A model generated the notes under the pieces. It had not been told where the DNA came from and made no database searches. It saw nothing but the letters and a program-made list of their open reading frames with translations. The position numbers were made by a program, and so were the translations under genes. A stretch of 64,000 bases of DNA from Sphagnum compactum (lineage: Eukaryota), in the NCBI GenBank assembly GCA_965153455.1, contig OZ234493.1, positions 15,490,213 to 15,554,212 on the forward strand. The letters run 5' to 3'. Below, one piece after another: positions 62,801 to 64,000 of this stretch. How positions within the stretch are numbered: the first letter of the stretch is position 1; the number at the start of each line of letters is the position of its first letter.

Positions 62801-64000
62801 TGTGCATATTGTGCTGCTGTTGCAGTTGCCTGTGCTTGGGCCTGAGCTTCAACAAGCTGCTGAGCTGCAAAATAATCCATGTCATTGTAGTCATACGGAA
62901 TTTGCTTTTGCAACCGGCTTGAGGGCAATATGTTTCCAGATGCAACAGCAGATGGGTTTCTTGTTGCAGCCTGCAGGGTAGCTGCCACAACCTCCAGCTG
63001 CTGGTGATATTGAGAACCAGCACCACCACCAGCTCCTCCGGACCCATAGCCCCCTCCTGGAGAATTCTGCTGCCTCATTGCTTTCTTAAAAGCCTGTGTT
63101 GCAACAACCTCTGCATAATCACTACCCATTCCATCATAACAGCTGCTTCCATTCCGCAGTCCATTCATATTCACTACAGGCTTACCTGTAAAGAGATCCA
63201 GGGAAGGGGATGATCTGGATGCATAAAACTCATACGAAGGGGCAGAAGATCCTGTGCCATAAACATCCAAGTGCGAATACAATCCATTTGACCCTGCTAG
63301 GCCATGTCCATTAGAGAGAGGATGCTGTACCACCACACTACTACCTCTGCCACAAACAGACCCATTGCTAAGAATAGCTCTATTGTCCCCCCCTGTGTTG
63401 TCATCAATCAAGGATTGCAACAAAATGCTACTCCCTTCCTCAAAGCTGAGGTTTCCAAAAGCTGCTGTCAAATGATGATCAGAGGAGGAGGACCTATCGT
63501 TTTGAGAAGAAGGCACCTCCTCATACGGGTGAGCTCCAGGGGCTTGAAAGCTCGGAGATGGCTCCCGCTGTTGCTGCTGTGCTTGTTGTGGTTGTTGTTG
63601 AAGCGAGGTGAGCTGATGTTGTTTCCTCTGCATATCCAGTCGCTGCTGCTGCCGCTGGTGGCCGCCGCCACCAGTATTGCCATCCAGGGTAAGGTCCGCA
63701 AGAAAGGGAGAGATGTGGGTAGCAGAAGAACCAGAAGAAGAAGAGGATTTGGGAGAGAGTAGTACAGGAAGGTCGCTGTAGAGAGTGCGGTTGTCCATAG
63801 GAGGAGGGAGCTTCTTCACACCGGCATAAGACCTATAAAAGCTCTCGTAATGCTCATCGCAACGGATGTCTACGAAGGGTTTCACAGCAGGAAGAGCCTC
63901 ATCTTCGTGCATGCCGATAGAAGAACCTTCCTCTATCTCCGATCCGTGCACGCGCTGCAGCTCTTCCAGATGCGGAGGCGCGGAAGTCGCCCTGGGAACA
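59802..64000 (-). CDS. Pumilio/PUF RNA-binding protein (Puf4/APUM7-12-type repeats) with a CCCH zinc finger; the 5' end lies outside the window
   Basis: Exons >64000-61724, 61243-61081, 60879-60716, 60508-60250 and 59909-59802, phase-consistent GT-AG. Eight PUF repeats (DQHGCRFLQ, DPFGNYLVQ, NMHGTRAVQ, DLNGNHVVQ, HRHGCCVMQ, DPYGNYVVQ, QKFSSNVVE, DQYANYVIQ) and a C-terminal SPYGKRIL. Zinc finger CRYYLQGFCSRSEACPFLH. The frame stays open to the window edge (VPRATSAPP...). Confidence 0.95.

Overview
AT-rich, intron-containing land-plant nuclear DNA. It is probably a moss; the repeat families resemble Sphagnum-type repeats, but that is an inference. Four protein-coding genes are supported by splice-consistent exon chains. 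(1) The 3' end of a CYP71-clan cytochrome P450 (+, 1-872). (2) A 5-exon HAESA/HSL-like LRR-XI receptor kinase (-, 8383-3297, ~1081 aa) with 24 LRRs. (3) A 4-exon, ~1043-aa two-transmembrane protein of unknown function (+, 51497-55634) with a mitosis-type MSA/CHR promoter. (4) A CCCH-zinc-finger Pumilio/PUF protein (-, from beyond 64000 to 59802). The ~40 kb between the kinase and the TM gene is mostly decayed PIF/Harbinger-type transposases, Ty3/Gypsy relics, a solo LTR, MITE-like foldbacks and minisatellites. It also holds two non-TE islands. One, at ~28.7-31.4 kb, contains a ~290-nt miRNA-precursor-like foldback and is the best candidate for something undescribed. The other, at ~40.9-44.1 kb, is a 7 x 53-bp telo-box/MSA array in front of a decayed or non-coding spliced locus. 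No rRNA, tRNA or CRISPR array is supported.
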